Shown: positions 37,419 to 47,502, counted from the stretch's first letter. The stretch is DNA of 55,099 nt from a virus (IMGVR_UViG_3300033475_000029:1-55099); one strand, 5' to 3'. Program-made: numbers and translations. Notes: generated by a model not told the origin, from the sequence alone.

Positions 37419-38104
37419 GCCCTGCCCCCGAGGCGCCGCAGCGTGCGCGAACGCGGGTTGCTGAGCTTCTGAATCATGCGCGCCGGCATATGACCCGACG
37501 CAAACACGTTCGAGATGTTGCCATCCTGGTCGCGCATGATGAGATAGCCGCCAGGCGTCTGGGTGGGCGCGCCGGAACCAAGCCGGCGCATGCGGTCGAA
37601 GGGGAACTGGCCTGCGGGGTCGAAGTACGACGGGGTGACGAAGTTCGAGAGCATCACGCCGCGCGTCTCGCCGAAGATGGTCACTGACTGTAGATAGGAG
37701 TCATTCTCCACGGGGTCGCACACCTCGAGCGCGACATCGCGGCCGCCCGGGATTGGGCGCCACCCCGTACACGTGCGATCGACGAGCGTCTCAAGACATT
37801 CATGCGACAGAGTGATCGATGTCGCGTCACCCTGCGCGAGCACCTGTCCGTAGATGGTCCCCGCCCAGTCGTCGTGATAGCCAAGTGCTCCTTGCATGTC
37901 GATCGAGTCAACGACCGTAAACACCCAGCAGACGGGCGGAAGAACGCCCTCCCCGTTTCGGTAGAGCTGCACAGGGACGGGCGGGATGCCCCACACTGCG
38001 GCGGCCTCTTCGACCTGTGCCGCACACGCCTCAACCATGAAGGCGAGATCGTGATCGGAGAGGTTGCGACTCCGGTTGCAGACCGCGATTTCTCCGACGT
38101 CCAT
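37415..38104 (-). CDS. Putative HExxE zinc metallohydrolase
   Basis: ALGYHD, LSHECLETLVD, EVCDPVE, SNFVTPSYFDP. Confidence 0.6.
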   Translation of the reverse strand: MDVGEIAVCNRSRNLSDHDLAFMVEACAAQVEEAAAVWGIPPVPVQLYRNGEGVLPPVCWVFTVVDSIDMQGALGYHDDWAGTIYGQVLAQGDATSITLSHECLETLVDRTCTGWRPIPGGRDVALEVCDPVENDSYLQSVTIFGETRGVMLSNFVTPSYFDPAGQFPFDRMRRLGSGAPTQTPGGYLIMRDQDGNISNVFASGHMPARMIQKLSNPRSRTLRRLGGRA

Positions 38105-38421
38105 CAGGGCGCCGGGTGCGTCGCGAGCCATTCGCGAGCGCGGTCCGCCTTCATGCTCTCGAAATCACTCTGTTCCGCCTGCGCGGCGTGAGCGGCATTG
38201 GCTCCAACGTGCGCCACGACGTCGTTGAGCACCTTGAGGCCGCACTTGGTTGCGATCTTCGTCAACTCGGCAACCCAGTCGCCCGCCACGAGACCGTTGT
38301 TGACGTCGCCGATCAAGTCGGTGGCCGCGCACGAGCCGATGTCGGTGACGATGGTGACGGGCTTCGTGGTTCCGCACGCCGCGAAGGCCAGCATGCACAC
38401 CAGGAGAACGAGGCGTCTCAC
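38104..38421 (-). CDS. Lipoprotein (spanin-like candidate)
   Basis: MRRLVLLVCMLAFAAC lipobox. Confidence 0.55.
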   Translation of the reverse strand: MRRLVLLVCMLAFAACGTTKPVTIVTDIGSCAATDLIGDVNNGLVAGDWVAELTKIATKCGLKVLNDVVAHVGANAAHAAQAEQSDFESMKADRAREWLATHPAP

Positions 38422-38702
38422 GAAACCACCTCCCAGTCCGATGCGAGCAGGTCCGTCTGCGAGCACAGCCATGGCACGAATTCGCCTCCGGCCGTGCGCA
38501 TCATGACGTACGGCAGGAACTTGAGCACAGTTCCCTCGGGCTGTCCGGTCGCCTTGGCCGTGTTCGCGTTGATGGGGATGCCGTCGGGGTAGCCGGGCTG
38601 GTACGCGAGGTACATGCCCTTCCCGTTCCATCCCGCGCGCGCCACGCGGCTGCCCGAGCGCATCGCGGCCACGGCATCGCCGATGCCCATGCCAGTGCTC
38701 AC
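38418..38702 (-). CDS. tad2: DUF2829 / Tad2-family anti-defence protein
   Basis: G.RVARAGWNGKGMYL...PY..MRTA.G..VPW..SQTDLLA.DW. Confidence 0.88.
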   Translation of the reverse strand: MSTGMGIGDAVAAMRSGSRVARAGWNGKGMYLAYQPGYPDGIPINANTAKATGQPEGTVLKFLPYVMMRTAGGEFVPWLCSQTDLLASDWEVVS

Positions 38703-38866
38703 GACTGCGCCCCCAGCGCGGCCTTGACGTCTGCCAACAGCGCCACGACCACGGTGGCGGAGATGCCCGTCTTGACGAGCGGGCCACCCGGGCCAAACAG
38801 CACCCCGGCAACGGTGGAGGCAATCGCGATCGCGACGCCAATGATGTGCTTCGTTCTGGTGCTCAT
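38699..38866 (-). CDS. Putative holin (2 TM, 55 aa)
   Basis: MSTRTKHIIGVAIAIASTVAGVLFG...SATVVVALLA; AAAGGA SD. Confidence 0.5.
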   Translation of the reverse strand: MSTRTKHIIGVAIAIASTVAGVLFGPGGPLVKTGISATVVVALLADVKAALGAQS

Positions 38867-38868
38867 GA

Positions 38869-39222
38869 TCAGTCCTTTCGTCGAAAGAGGTTCGTGAATC
38901 GTTGCCAGATGCTCACTGGCCTTCCGCGGCTGGTAGTTGGAGGGTCGACGGCTCGAGGTGGGTATCCGCGGACATCGTCCTCGATGAGTCGAGCGAGGTC
39001 ATGGAGAGCGTCGGCCGCTTCTCTTGCTTCCTGGCCCAGTCGCTCCTTTGCAGCTCTCCGCTCAAGACCTGAAGTCGTGCGTGCGAGCCGAGTAACCTCG
39101 ACAAAGCTCGTTGCCAGGGCGTGGAGAACGAGGCCAACGTTTGCGGCGGTGATCTCGTCGGGCGTGGCGTCTCGTCGGAGAGAGAGATCGGGCGGAGTCT
39201 CGTATTCGCTGCCATTGTCCAT
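38869..39222 (-). CDS. Hypothetical protein
   Basis: GGAGG SD. Confidence 0.5.
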   Translation of the reverse strand: MDNGSEYETPPDLSLRRDATPDEITAANVGLVLHALATSFVEVTRLARTTSGLERRAAKERLGQEAREAADALHDLARLIEDDVRGYPPRAVDPPTTSRGRPVSIWQRFTNLFRRKD

Positions 39223-39235
39223 GTCCTCCCTCGTT

Positions 39236-39529
39236 TCACCTGCGACCCGTGATCCGCAGCTGCATCAGCTGCGCATTGATGTCCTTCGTTGCCGCCTTCA
39301 CGTCAGCGAGATCGCTTCGCATCCCCTCGACGCCGGCCTTAAGCACCGCGTGGTCCAGTTCGACGGCCTTTGTGCGGTTCTCCAGCGACGAATAGTCGTC
39401 CTTCGTCGGAGCCGTGAAGACCCACTTGCCAAGCGCCGCCGCACTTCCCAGAAGCGTCAGAACGAACGCCGCCACTGCTAGCCAGTTGTGGCGCGGCTTG
39501 AGGTACTGACGGAGTTCGTCGTCGGTCAC
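39236..39529 (-). CDS. Single-TM coiled-coil protein (lysis-associated?)
   Basis: TM segment followed by heptad repeats. Confidence 0.55.
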   Translation of the reverse strand: MTDDELRQYLKPRHNWLAVAAFVLTLLGSAAALGKWVFTAPTKDDYSSLENRTKAVELDHAVLKAGVEGMRSDLADVKAATKDINAQLMQLRITGRR

Positions 39530-39584
39530 GGCGCGCCCTCTGCGACCGCGATGAGCGTCACCAGGGGAATGTGTTCGAACCAGT

Positions 39585-40268
39585 TCATGCCCGGAACGTC
39601 ATGAGGTTGGCCGCGGCGAGCGATGCGCCGAGGGCGTTGAGGTGCAGCCCGTCGACGGTAAGGAAGTCGGTGCCAGGCAGGTTGCTGGGGTTGTAGAGAG
39701 GAATCGTCGCGAACCACCACGGCCGCGGATCGATGTACGTGATGGTCCCCGACGCGGATAGCGTGTTGCACGCGCTCTGAATGGCCACATTGACGGCGTC
39801 GATGTTCGCGTCGAGCGAGCCCGCGCCCTGCGGCCACAGCTCGCCGTTGTTCATGGCGCCAACGACGACCACGCGACACGTGGGAATGGTCGCCCACAGG
39901 CCCATGGTGCCCGTGATCAGGTCCGTGCCCGCGGCGGCAATCGCAGAGCCACCCGCAGAAGCGTTGTTGCGGCCCCACGCGACGAAACACAGCGTGGGAC
40001 TGTAAATCACGGCCATTGACCCGTAGTTGCTCGCCCACTGACTCATGAGCGTCCCGCTTGCGCCGTTCACCGAGAACGCCACCGGGTGGCCGCGGTCGAC
40101 GACACGGCACCCGACCGTCGAAGTCATCGCCTGGTTCATCAATGGCGCCATCGGCACCGCCCAACTCACGGACGTGCCGCCAGCTCCGACGATGCCCCCC
40201 GCAATGAGCGAATCGCCCGCAAAGACGACTCGGTCTGACGAGAGCGAGAATGTACCTCTCGCCGGCAT
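39585..40268 (-). CDS. SGNH/GDSL esterase
   Basis: Block I AGDSL, block III WGRNN, block V DGLH. Confidence 0.88.
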   Translation of the reverse strand: MPARGTFSLSSDRVVFAGDSLIAGGIVGAGGTSVSWAVPMAPLMNQAMTSTVGCRVVDRGHPVAFSVNGASGTLMSQWASNYGSMAVIYSPTLCFVAWGRNNASAGGSAIAAAGTDLITGTMGLWATIPTCRVVVVGAMNNGELWPQGAGSLDANIDAVNVAIQSACNTLSASGTITYIDPRPWWFATIPLYNPSNLPGTDFLTVDGLHLNALGASLAAANLMTFRA

Positions 40269-40271
40269 CGC

Positions 40272-40847
40272 CTAGGAGAGCGCGAACTTGCGCAGCGTGA
40301 CCACCGAGCCGGCGCCGAAAAAGTTGTGCGTCCCGTCGACCAGGACCAGCGACGTCACAGGCGTGATCGTCTCGTACCAGTACGACATACCTTCGAAGTA
40401 CTGGTTGCTGGCCGCCGTGGCGCTGTGTGACGCCGAGCAGTTCCATTTGATGCGGCGATCTACCCCGGTCTTCGGATAGATACGCGCATAGAAGTGCCAT
40501 CCCTTGCCGGCAGCGGCTTCATACGCAACGAGCGCCGAGTTTGACCCCGACGAGCCGTTCCACGTGATGTTGCCGGCGCTCGTTGAAAGGTTGAAATTCG
40601 ACTCCCAAGCCTGATTCGTAGTCGTGCCGTTGAAGTTGCAACTCAGCGTGCCGCCACGAATCGTGCAGTTCGCCCCCGCTGGGCCCCATCCCTCCAGCTC
40701 GTAGATGCCGTCGGTATCACCGGACAGACCCGATAACGTCACCGTGTTCGTGTCCGCAGGGACGATATACGTCTGAATCAGCGTGACGGGGCAGGAGCCG
40801 CTGCTCGCGCCGCCCGTCGTCGCCGTTCCATATGATGCGGTTGCCAT
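40272..40847 (-). CDS. Putative tail fibre or minor virion protein
   Basis: Thr/Gly/Ser beta-rich, in the structural module. Confidence 0.55.
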   Translation of the reverse strand: MATASYGTATTGGASSGSCPVTLIQTYIVPADTNTVTLSGLSGDTDGIYELEGWGPAGANCTIRGGTLSCNFNGTTTNQAWESNFNLSTSAGNITWNGSSGSNSALVAYEAAAGKGWHFYARIYPKTGVDRRIKWNCSASHSATAASNQYFEGMSYWYETITPVTSLVLVDGTHNFFGAGSVVTLRKFALS

Positions 40848-40848
40848 C

Positions 40849-41241
40849 TCAGTACCCCTTCGCGTGGCAACGCGCCGTCAGAACTCCGGTGCTTGCCGAG
40901 TTGGTGTAACAGAGCCGAACCCACTTGAACGACGTGGGGGCAATGTCGATGCCCGACCCAGCCGCCGGATATGCCCCCGCCGGGTTCACGCCCGTAGGAA
41001 TCGTCAACGTGAGCTGCGTCCAATCAGACGGGCTTGGATTCGTCTGCGGATCGAACTCATTGGACACCTCGACGGAGAATGTTCCCGTCGGCGTCCCCGT
41101 CCATCGCATCGTCCACGAGACTCCGTGAGACGGCTCGATATTGACGGGGGTCCCCGTGATTTTGTTGGTTCCGGTCATCGTGTTCGTCGCCGAACTCGTG
41201 CCGCCGAATGACCACTGATCTCCTACCGTGTTGCTAGCCAT
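40849..41241 (-). CDS. Virion structural protein (beta-sandwich)
   Basis: WTGTPTGTFSVEVSN...DW...FKWVRL.YT. Confidence 0.6.
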   Translation of the reverse strand: MASNTVGDQWSFGGTSSATNTMTGTNKITGTPVNIEPSHGVSWTMRWTGTPTGTFSVEVSNEFDPQTNPSPSDWTQLTLTIPTGVNPAGAYPAAGSGIDIAPTSFKWVRLCYTNSASTGVLTARCHAKGY

Positions 41242-41251
41242 GGTTGCCCTT

Positions 41252-41629
41252 TCACCAGCGACCCAACTTGATCTCATTGAGAGGAAACCAGAGGTTCATT
41301 TCCTCGATTACGAGCACTCCGTGAGCGATGTATGCGCGTTCCGGTTCGATCGAACTTGCCTGTTTCGTGCTCGTCACGAACATGTGCGAGCTGAGCGAGA
41401 TTTTCGGGCGCGTCAAAACGACCCTGTCAGCCGTAACGACTACGGACAGCGGAGATTCGACCTTCGCGGCGGTCTCGGGCGGCGCAGCCTGCTGCAAGTG
41501 CGCAAAGCTCAGTCCCTGCGAGTTCGCCTGTTGCGCCTGTTGCGCCTGTCGCGCCTGTTGCGCCTGTCGTTGCAGTTGCTGCCCGAACGCGCTCTGACCA
41601 TGGCCGTTCGACTGCTTCCCGTTCTTCAT
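41252..41629 (-). CDS. Hypothetical protein with Gln/Ala repeat
   Basis: 5 x 9-bp repeat at 41525-41569. Confidence 0.55.
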   Translation of the reverse strand: MKNGKQSNGHGQSAFGQQLQRQAQQARQAQQAQQANSQGLSFAHLQQAAPPETAAKVESPLSVVVTADRVVLTRPKISLSSHMFVTSTKQASSIEPERAYIAHGVLVIEEMNLWFPLNEIKLGRW

Positions 41630-42381
41630 TGATCCGTCCTGTCTGGCCCCGGTTCGGGCCGAAATTGCTGCGCGATGCGGCTCTTTCCCTGAGAAGCAGC
41701 GGGCCCTTGCTGTGACTCGGCCTGGTGCTTCGCGTAGAGGTCCTGAAACGCTCCAGTCGGCCGAGACTCGTCCATCAGCGTGATCAGCTGGTCGTTGAGC
41801 CATCCGGGCAACTCGGGATTGATGCCCGTTCGTTGTCCGGCTTCGGTGTATGCGCGGGCGCCACCGATCGCGGCCTCCTGCTGCGCCTTCGTTTCATTGG
41901 GGTACGCCGCCGTAAGCGCTGCGCAGTCCATCGGCGTGAGGTATCCAGCCGCCACGAGGAGTGGCAGCGCGTCGGGGCCCGAGCCAACCAGGAACACCGA
42001 GCGCGCCCACTTCGCTTGATCCGCATGCGACGCGGGCATCGGTCGCGCCGCCGTGACCGAGCGCGGGGCATAGCCAGTCGGCATCGACTTTTGCAGCGTC
42101 TCGGCGAGGCGTATGGCTTCGACGCCGACCGGATCCTTGCGAAACGCGTCCTTGTCGAGGTTCTTGACACGGAACGTGACGCCCTCAGGGACGGGCGGAA
42201 TGTGAAACGAAATCGGCTTGCCCATGAACATGACCGCGCGCCACGAGGGGGCGCGGACGCTCACGGAGAGGCCGAGGGCGCGCTGAAGTTCCAAGCGGGC
42301 GGCGAGTTCCAGCGCCAGTGGAGAGAGCGGGGGCGACTCGGGCGGGAGATCGCCGGGGACGAGGGTGAGGCCGATCGTCAT
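41626..42381 (-). CDS. Putative internal virion protein
   Basis: Coupled ORF after the large helical proteins. Confidence 0.55.
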   Translation of the reverse strand: MTIGLTLVPGDLPPESPPLSPLALELAARLELQRALGLSVSVRAPSWRAVMFMGKPISFHIPPVPEGVTFRVKNLDKDAFRKDPVGVEAIRLAETLQKSMPTGYAPRSVTAARPMPASHADQAKWARSVFLVGSGPDALPLLVAAGYLTPMDCAALTAAYPNETKAQQEAAIGGARAYTEAGQRTGINPELPGWLNDQLITLMDESRPTGAFQDLYAKHQAESQQGPAASQGKSRIAQQFRPEPGPDRTDQ

Positions 42382-44480
42382 GGCGTGGCCTCCTGCTGAT
42401 CTCCGGGGTGCGCGGCGACCCAGATCCGGCGCGCATCGGCCGCCGGCAGGCCAGCGGTCACGGCCTGTCGGACGAAATCAGAGACGTTCGCCGTATAGCG
42501 CGCTGCCTTGGCCAGACGGGAGATCGCCGCCGCGTACCTCGGTGAGCGCCCGAACTTGGCAGCCGATTCGGTGACCGCGCGCTGGACCTGGGGCGCGAGC
42601 GTCGCGGCTGCCATCAAGCCGCCCGCAACGGGATGGTGACCCGCCGTGGCCATGAGCGCCGCGCCGCCGAGCTCGCCCACCTGACGAGCCATTTGCCCGA
42701 TGCTGTGCGCGGCGTGCGCGGGCTTTCCGCCTGCCCCTACACTGAGTTCCTTCGCCTTCAACAGGCGCTGGTCCATCACGGTCTTTGCCGCGAGGAGCGT
42801 GTGCGTGTCGCGATCCATCTGCTCGAGGCGAGAGACGGCATCGGGAGCGCCCGCGCGGGCGCGCTCGAGCTGAGCGTCGAGGAGCTTGGTCGGGGTGGCG
42901 GCGACGTCGAGAGCGCGCCGGTAGCGCTCGGTGCCGTTGAGACCGCCTTCGCCCGTGAACGCCGTGTTCTGCGCGTCCGTCGCGAGACGGCGGAGCTGGC
43001 GCGTCGACACGACGGCCTCGGGGTCGTACTCGTGCCTGACCGGAGCGTCACTGGCTCCGGTCGTTGCGCGCGCCTTGATCGCCGCGATCTCGCCGTCGAC
43101 GTTTTGACCTGACTTGCGCGCGTGCTCCAACATCGCCAGCGCGTCATCGGTGCGCATTCCATCAAGGTCGCCATGGCCGGTAACGCGCATCTCTGGCTTG
43201 TACGCCCCGGGCTCAGCACCTCCGATGCGCTTCGCGCCGTAGGTCTCCGATGCCGTGATCACCGCGAGGCGCTGCTTGAGCTTGTTCGCGATCTGCTGCG
43301 CGTACTCCTCGCCGCCGTGCTCGCCGTGTTCCCACTCGTGGATGTCGTCCTTGAATGCCTTGACGACGTCTTTCATCTTCACGCCCGAGTCAGGTAGCGC
43401 CTTGTCGATCGCGCGATAGACCTCGGGCTTGTCGGCCTGCGCCGCGGTAAGGCGGTCTTGAATCGCGTCGACGGCGTGCTGAACCTTCGGGAGTTCGCCG
43501 TGACGAGCCTCGGCGATGGCGCCACGGAGTTCCTCGTCACGCCCGATCAGCTCGGGGAAGTCGTGCGCCGCGCGGGCCATCTGCTTGCGCGCGACCGGCG
43601 TCGATGCGCCCTTGGCCTCCCCGACGATGTCCTTCGCGATGTACTCGTCGGCCGCCTTCGTGGCGTGCTCGACGAAGTTCTTCCCGGCTCGTCCAGCCGC
43701 CGAGAGAGCCGGCGGAATCGCGCCCATGGCGCCCGACATGACGAGGCCAGCCGGATCGGTCGCCGCTTCGCGGGCTGCCTCGAGGCGGTGCCCTTCGGCG
43801 TTCGCGCTCAGCGCCGCGGCAGCGGGCGCCGTGGCCTCGTACATCGCCACGCCGCGCCCGGCGCCAGCGACGGCGCCAGCCAAGGGAGCCACGACCGGTC
43901 CGACCACGCGCGTCGCCGCGAGCTTGGACAGGATCCGCTCGGTGCCGGGAGCGAGTGCCTTCGCCACCGGGACAGCCGCTTTGCTGACGAGGCCGCCCGC
44001 AACCTTGGCCACCGGATTTGGGAGGAAGGAGCCGGCTACCTGGCCCGCTTCGCGGTACCTCGGATCGCTCGACTGCGCGGAGAGGCTGTTCTCTCCCGTG
44101 TCGCCCAGCGCGTTCCCGATTGCCTCGGCCGCCTTGTTGCCATAGCCGAGCGTGACGACGTCGCCGACGCCTTGCTCGAGCGAGTGACGCTTCTCGGGGC
44201 CAAGTGCGTACTTCGGATCCTGGGGATGGAGGATGGAATCAATCGGGTGCTTGAAATTCTCGGCGACTTTGCTGCCGAGTTCGGCGCCCACGTCCTTGAC
44301 GGCGCGAGCACCGCTGACGATCGAGTCCTTCGCGCGCGTGAAGAATCCGCGATCGTCCGCCGCGGGCTTGCCCGAGTCGAGATCGACGGCGCCCGCCAAC
44401 TCCTCAGGCGAGAGCTTCTGCGGGGCGATCTCCGTCGCGCCCGCGAGTTCCTCTTCGGATAGCTTTACCGGCTCCGCCAT
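42378..44480 (-). CDS. Putative DNA ejection (internal virion) protein
   Basis: ~700 aa, Ala/Gly-rich helical; podovirus gene order. Confidence 0.6.
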   Translation of the reverse strand: MAEPVKLSEEELAGATEIAPQKLSPEELAGAVDLDSGKPAADDRGFFTRAKDSIVSGARAVKDVGAELGSKVAENFKHPIDSILHPQDPKYALGPEKRHSLEQGVGDVVTLGYGNKAAEAIGNALGDTGENSLSAQSSDPRYREAGQVAGSFLPNPVAKVAGGLVSKAAVPVAKALAPGTERILSKLAATRVVGPVVAPLAGAVAGAGRGVAMYEATAPAAAALSANAEGHRLEAAREAATDPAGLVMSGAMGAIPPALSAAGRAGKNFVEHATKAADEYIAKDIVGEAKGASTPVARKQMARAAHDFPELIGRDEELRGAIAEARHGELPKVQHAVDAIQDRLTAAQADKPEVYRAIDKALPDSGVKMKDVVKAFKDDIHEWEHGEHGGEEYAQQIANKLKQRLAVITASETYGAKRIGGAEPGAYKPEMRVTGHGDLDGMRTDDALAMLEHARKSGQNVDGEIAAIKARATTGASDAPVRHEYDPEAVVSTRQLRRLATDAQNTAFTGEGGLNGTERYRRALDVAATPTKLLDAQLERARAGAPDAVSRLEQMDRDTHTLLAAKTVMDQRLLKAKELSVGAGGKPAHAAHSIGQMARQVGELGGAALMATAGHHPVAGGLMAAATLAPQVQRAVTESAAKFGRSPRYAAAISRLAKAARYTANVSDFVRQAVTAGLPAADARRIWVAAHPGDQQEATP

Positions 44481-46369
44481 CACTGATCCTGGTGAAACAT
44501 CCCGTCAGGGGTGAGGGTTCCCGTGCGGCCGTCCTTGAGTTGCACGCGCTTGCCCTGCGGTGCGCCGCCGCCTTCACGGCCTCCAAACCCAGCGAGCCCC
44601 GAGAACAGTCGCCCCCGTTCCGCGAGCAACGCCGGGCGCTTCGCCTCGGGCTGACTCTCGGCCCACTTGTTAAAGTTGTCGTACGCCTCTTTGCCGGCCG
44701 CCTGGGATGAGCCCAGTTGCCCGTTGATGAACGAGCGGAAGTTCTCCATCTGCTTCTCGCCCATCTCTCCGTTCTTGATCTTCGAGACGACCGCCTCGGC
44801 GTTGTCGAGGGAGCCGCCGAGGTGACCGAGGGCGAGCGCAAGGGCTTGCTTGCTGGCTGCGCCACCGCGGGCCGCGCTGACGGCCTTTTCGACCGCAAGC
44901 GCCTGCTGGAGCGGGTTGTGCGCGTTATCCTTCAGCTGCTTTTGAAGCTCGGTCAGTTCGCGCTGCTGCTTCGAGATGGCGTCGATTCCGTTCTGCTTGC
45001 GCCATGCGTCGACCTCGGTGCGCAGCGCGGGATCTGCCTCGGCCCCGGCGTGCTTCTTCTTCTCAGTGTCATCGGCCGAGCGGATCTTCGAGATCTCGCC
45101 CTGGATCTGGTTCGGCTTCAGGTGCGCAGCCGCGGCCAGCTTGCCGACGTTTGGGATGTTGTTCGGGTCCGGCGCCGCGAGAACGGCTGCACGGAATGCG
45201 TCATATGCGGCACCGGAACCAGCGCCGCCGCCCCCGCCGCTTCCCTTTCCGTGCTTCGGGACGAACCCGCCCGTCCCTGCGGCATGCGCGCCGTACATCG
45301 CGGCCCGCGCCTTCTCTTCCTCGATCTGGGCTGCCTTGACCTGATCTTCGAGATACAGCTGGCGCAGCATCTTCTGCGCCTCGACCTCTTTCCCGGCTGC
45401 CTCTTCTTTGAACTTCGCGGCGGACGCGGCGGCGATGTTCTGAGAGTTCGCGTCGGTCAGAAGCGCGGCCCTCTCCGTGAGCCGAGCCCCAATGAGCTTG
45501 TCCTTTTGCGCGTCTGCCATCGTCAGGTTGGCCAAGGCCGTCTGACGTGCGACGCGCGTGTCCGCGATTCCGGTGTGCGCCTGAATGGCCTCGTCGGAGA
45601 GCTGATTCAGCTGCTCGACCTGGCGACGGTGATCGTCGTCCATGTCCTTGTTCAGGATTTCGAGGGCAGCGTTTGACGTGTGCGTAAGACTGGAGCCGAG
45701 CGCGCCTAGAGCGATCCCAAGCGCGGACGCGACCTTGGCCGCAGTGGACTTGTCCGCCCAGTAGTCCTTGAACTTGAAGTTTTTGAACGCCTCTTGGGCC
45801 TGCGCGTAATGCTGCTGCGCGGCTTTGTCGGCGCTGTCGTACATCTCGTTGACCTTGGCGGCCCTCTTGGCGCTCTCCTCGGCCGCTTCGCGGCGCTCGG
45901 TTGCTGCGTCGGCCTCGGCAGTCGTCTTGCTCGCCTCGCCTTGTGCAGCGCGCTGGTCCGCCTCCTCGCGCTCCTTGCGTGCCTTGTCCTGCTCACCGAG
46001 GGCGTTCGCGACATCGGCGGTACCAACGGGCTGATTGCCCGCGGGGGCAGTGACGAGAGGCCCCGGAGCGCCCCGTGGCGCGGTTCCGCCCTGACCCGGC
46101 AGCGGGACCATGCCCGGAGCCTCGCGTGGGACGGGCGGCGGCCACTCCTTGTCGGGATCGCGCGTGGGCGTTCCTCCGGGAGGCGGCGGCGGGATCGCGA
46201 TCGAATCCGTCGGCGACGGGGCCGGCGGCCCGAAATCGGGCGGCGGCACAATGTCCACGTCACTCGGCGGAACTGCACCGGCAGGCGCAGCTCCCGTGTC
46301 ATCAGGAAACGGAGCGAGCTCGTCGCCGGGGCCGCGGCCGAGGTCGGCAAGAACCTCTTCGTCGGTCAT
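44480..46369 (-). CDS. Putative DNA ejection protein
   Basis: Pro-rich N-terminus, coiled coils, hydrophobic ALGIALGALG. Confidence 0.6.
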   Translation of the reverse strand: MTDEEVLADLGRGPGDELAPFPDDTGAAPAGAVPPSDVDIVPPPDFGPPAPSPTDSIAIPPPPPGGTPTRDPDKEWPPPVPREAPGMVPLPGQGGTAPRGAPGPLVTAPAGNQPVGTADVANALGEQDKARKEREEADQRAAQGEASKTTAEADAATERREAAEESAKRAAKVNEMYDSADKAAQQHYAQAQEAFKNFKFKDYWADKSTAAKVASALGIALGALGSSLTHTSNAALEILNKDMDDDHRRQVEQLNQLSDEAIQAHTGIADTRVARQTALANLTMADAQKDKLIGARLTERAALLTDANSQNIAAASAAKFKEEAAGKEVEAQKMLRQLYLEDQVKAAQIEEEKARAAMYGAHAAGTGGFVPKHGKGSGGGGGAGSGAAYDAFRAAVLAAPDPNNIPNVGKLAAAAHLKPNQIQGEISKIRSADDTEKKKHAGAEADPALRTEVDAWRKQNGIDAISKQQRELTELQKQLKDNAHNPLQQALAVEKAVSAARGGAASKQALALALGHLGGSLDNAEAVVSKIKNGEMGEKQMENFRSFINGQLGSSQAAGKEAYDNFNKWAESQPEAKRPALLAERGRLFSGLAGFGGREGGGAPQGKRVQLKDGRTGTLTPDGMFHQDQ

Positions 46370-47430
46370 GCCGCCCCCCTATCCTCGAGCTTTCGCAGGC
46401 GGCGATTCATCTCGGCGAGCGCGCCAGCCGAGGCCAGCGTGAGGTGTCCCGTGTCGACGCGACGGAGCCCGTCGGCGCCCTTTTTCACGGCGCCCGGGAA
46501 CACCTCCTCAACCTCTTGAGCGATGACGCCTTCGTGCTTCTCGCCCCCGTGCTCGGGCTTGTACTCGAAGGTGACGCCGTGGACCTTGTCGCCCATCGCG
46601 TCGGCGAAGGACTTGCGCTTGACGTTGGTCTTGGCGCGTTTGTCGGACAGCTTTGCGAGTGAGCCGAGTCCTCCGCCGATCAAATTCGTGACGGCACCGA
46701 ATCCCTCTTGGTTCTGCTTGTTCGTCTGGACGGCCGCGTTTTGGTTTGCGATCTGTGCCGCGATCGGAGCGTTCGTTTCTTGGGCCTGGAGGTTTCCGAA
46801 TCCAAGCTGGTACTGGTTGTTGAGTCCTTCGGCCTGGAGATCGGCGCCCTGGTTCGCCTTCTGGGCTTCGAGCGCGTTGTTTTGGTTCGCGGAGGCAGCG
46901 GAGAGATCTGCCTGTCTCATCCCCTGCGTCAAAGAACCGATCTGCCCGCGTGCCTGCGCTTGCTCCTCGGCCTTCTGCTGAGCCGCCTGCGCCGCGGTCG
47001 CGAGCTGCGCCTGATTGCCGGCCGCGAGCCCCGACCGCAGCGCGGCTCCAGGGTTCTGACGGCTGTAGGCCGCCGCGAGACCACGAGCCTGCGCCGCCGC
47101 CGCGTCGCTGCCTCGCGTGAGCATCGCATCTGCGGCGGTCGGCGTTGCTCCGCTTGCGACGCCCTGAAGGTCCCCGATGTTCGATGTTTCGAGCGCGCGG
47201 GCTTGATCGGCCTGAGCCTGATTCAGCGGAGTGCCGTTGACTACGCCGGCCGCAACGGGCCGCGCGTTAGAGCGATCGCCGAATGCTTGAGCCAGCGTTC
47301 GTGCGTTCTGTGCATCAATCGAATCGGCGGGACTGGCAGGCGTAGAAGGGGCGATTGCGTGCTTCGCCCACCCATACAAATCCTTCGCGCCACCCGCGAT
47401 TGAGTTCCACGCGTCTCCAAAAGCGCTCAT
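46366..47430 (-). CDS. Putative pilot/ejection protein with peptidase S74 chaperone domain
   Basis: Ala/Gln-rich body, then SDKRAKTNV...FEYK...GVIAQEVEEVFP.AV. Confidence 0.75.
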   Translation of the reverse strand: MSAFGDAWNSIAGGAKDLYGWAKHAIAPSTPASPADSIDAQNARTLAQAFGDRSNARPVAAGVVNGTPLNQAQADQARALETSNIGDLQGVASGATPTAADAMLTRGSDAAAAQARGLAAAYSRQNPGAALRSGLAAGNQAQLATAAQAAQQKAEEQAQARGQIGSLTQGMRQADLSAASANQNNALEAQKANQGADLQAEGLNNQYQLGFGNLQAQETNAPIAAQIANQNAAVQTNKQNQEGFGAVTNLIGGGLGSLAKLSDKRAKTNVKRKSFADAMGDKVHGVTFEYKPEHGGEKHEGVIAQEVEEVFPGAVKKGADGLRRVDTGHLTLASAGALAEMNRRLRKLEDRGAA

Positions 47431-47502
47431 TGCCTTCTCCCTTCGATCACTGAACGCGCGACCAGCTTGAATGCGCGACGATTGCGCCCGACCATCGGCG
47501 CC

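Noticed and set aside
41525-41569. 9-bp tandem repeat as a phase-variation switch
   Set aside because: Frame-preserving Gln/Ala low-complexity repeat
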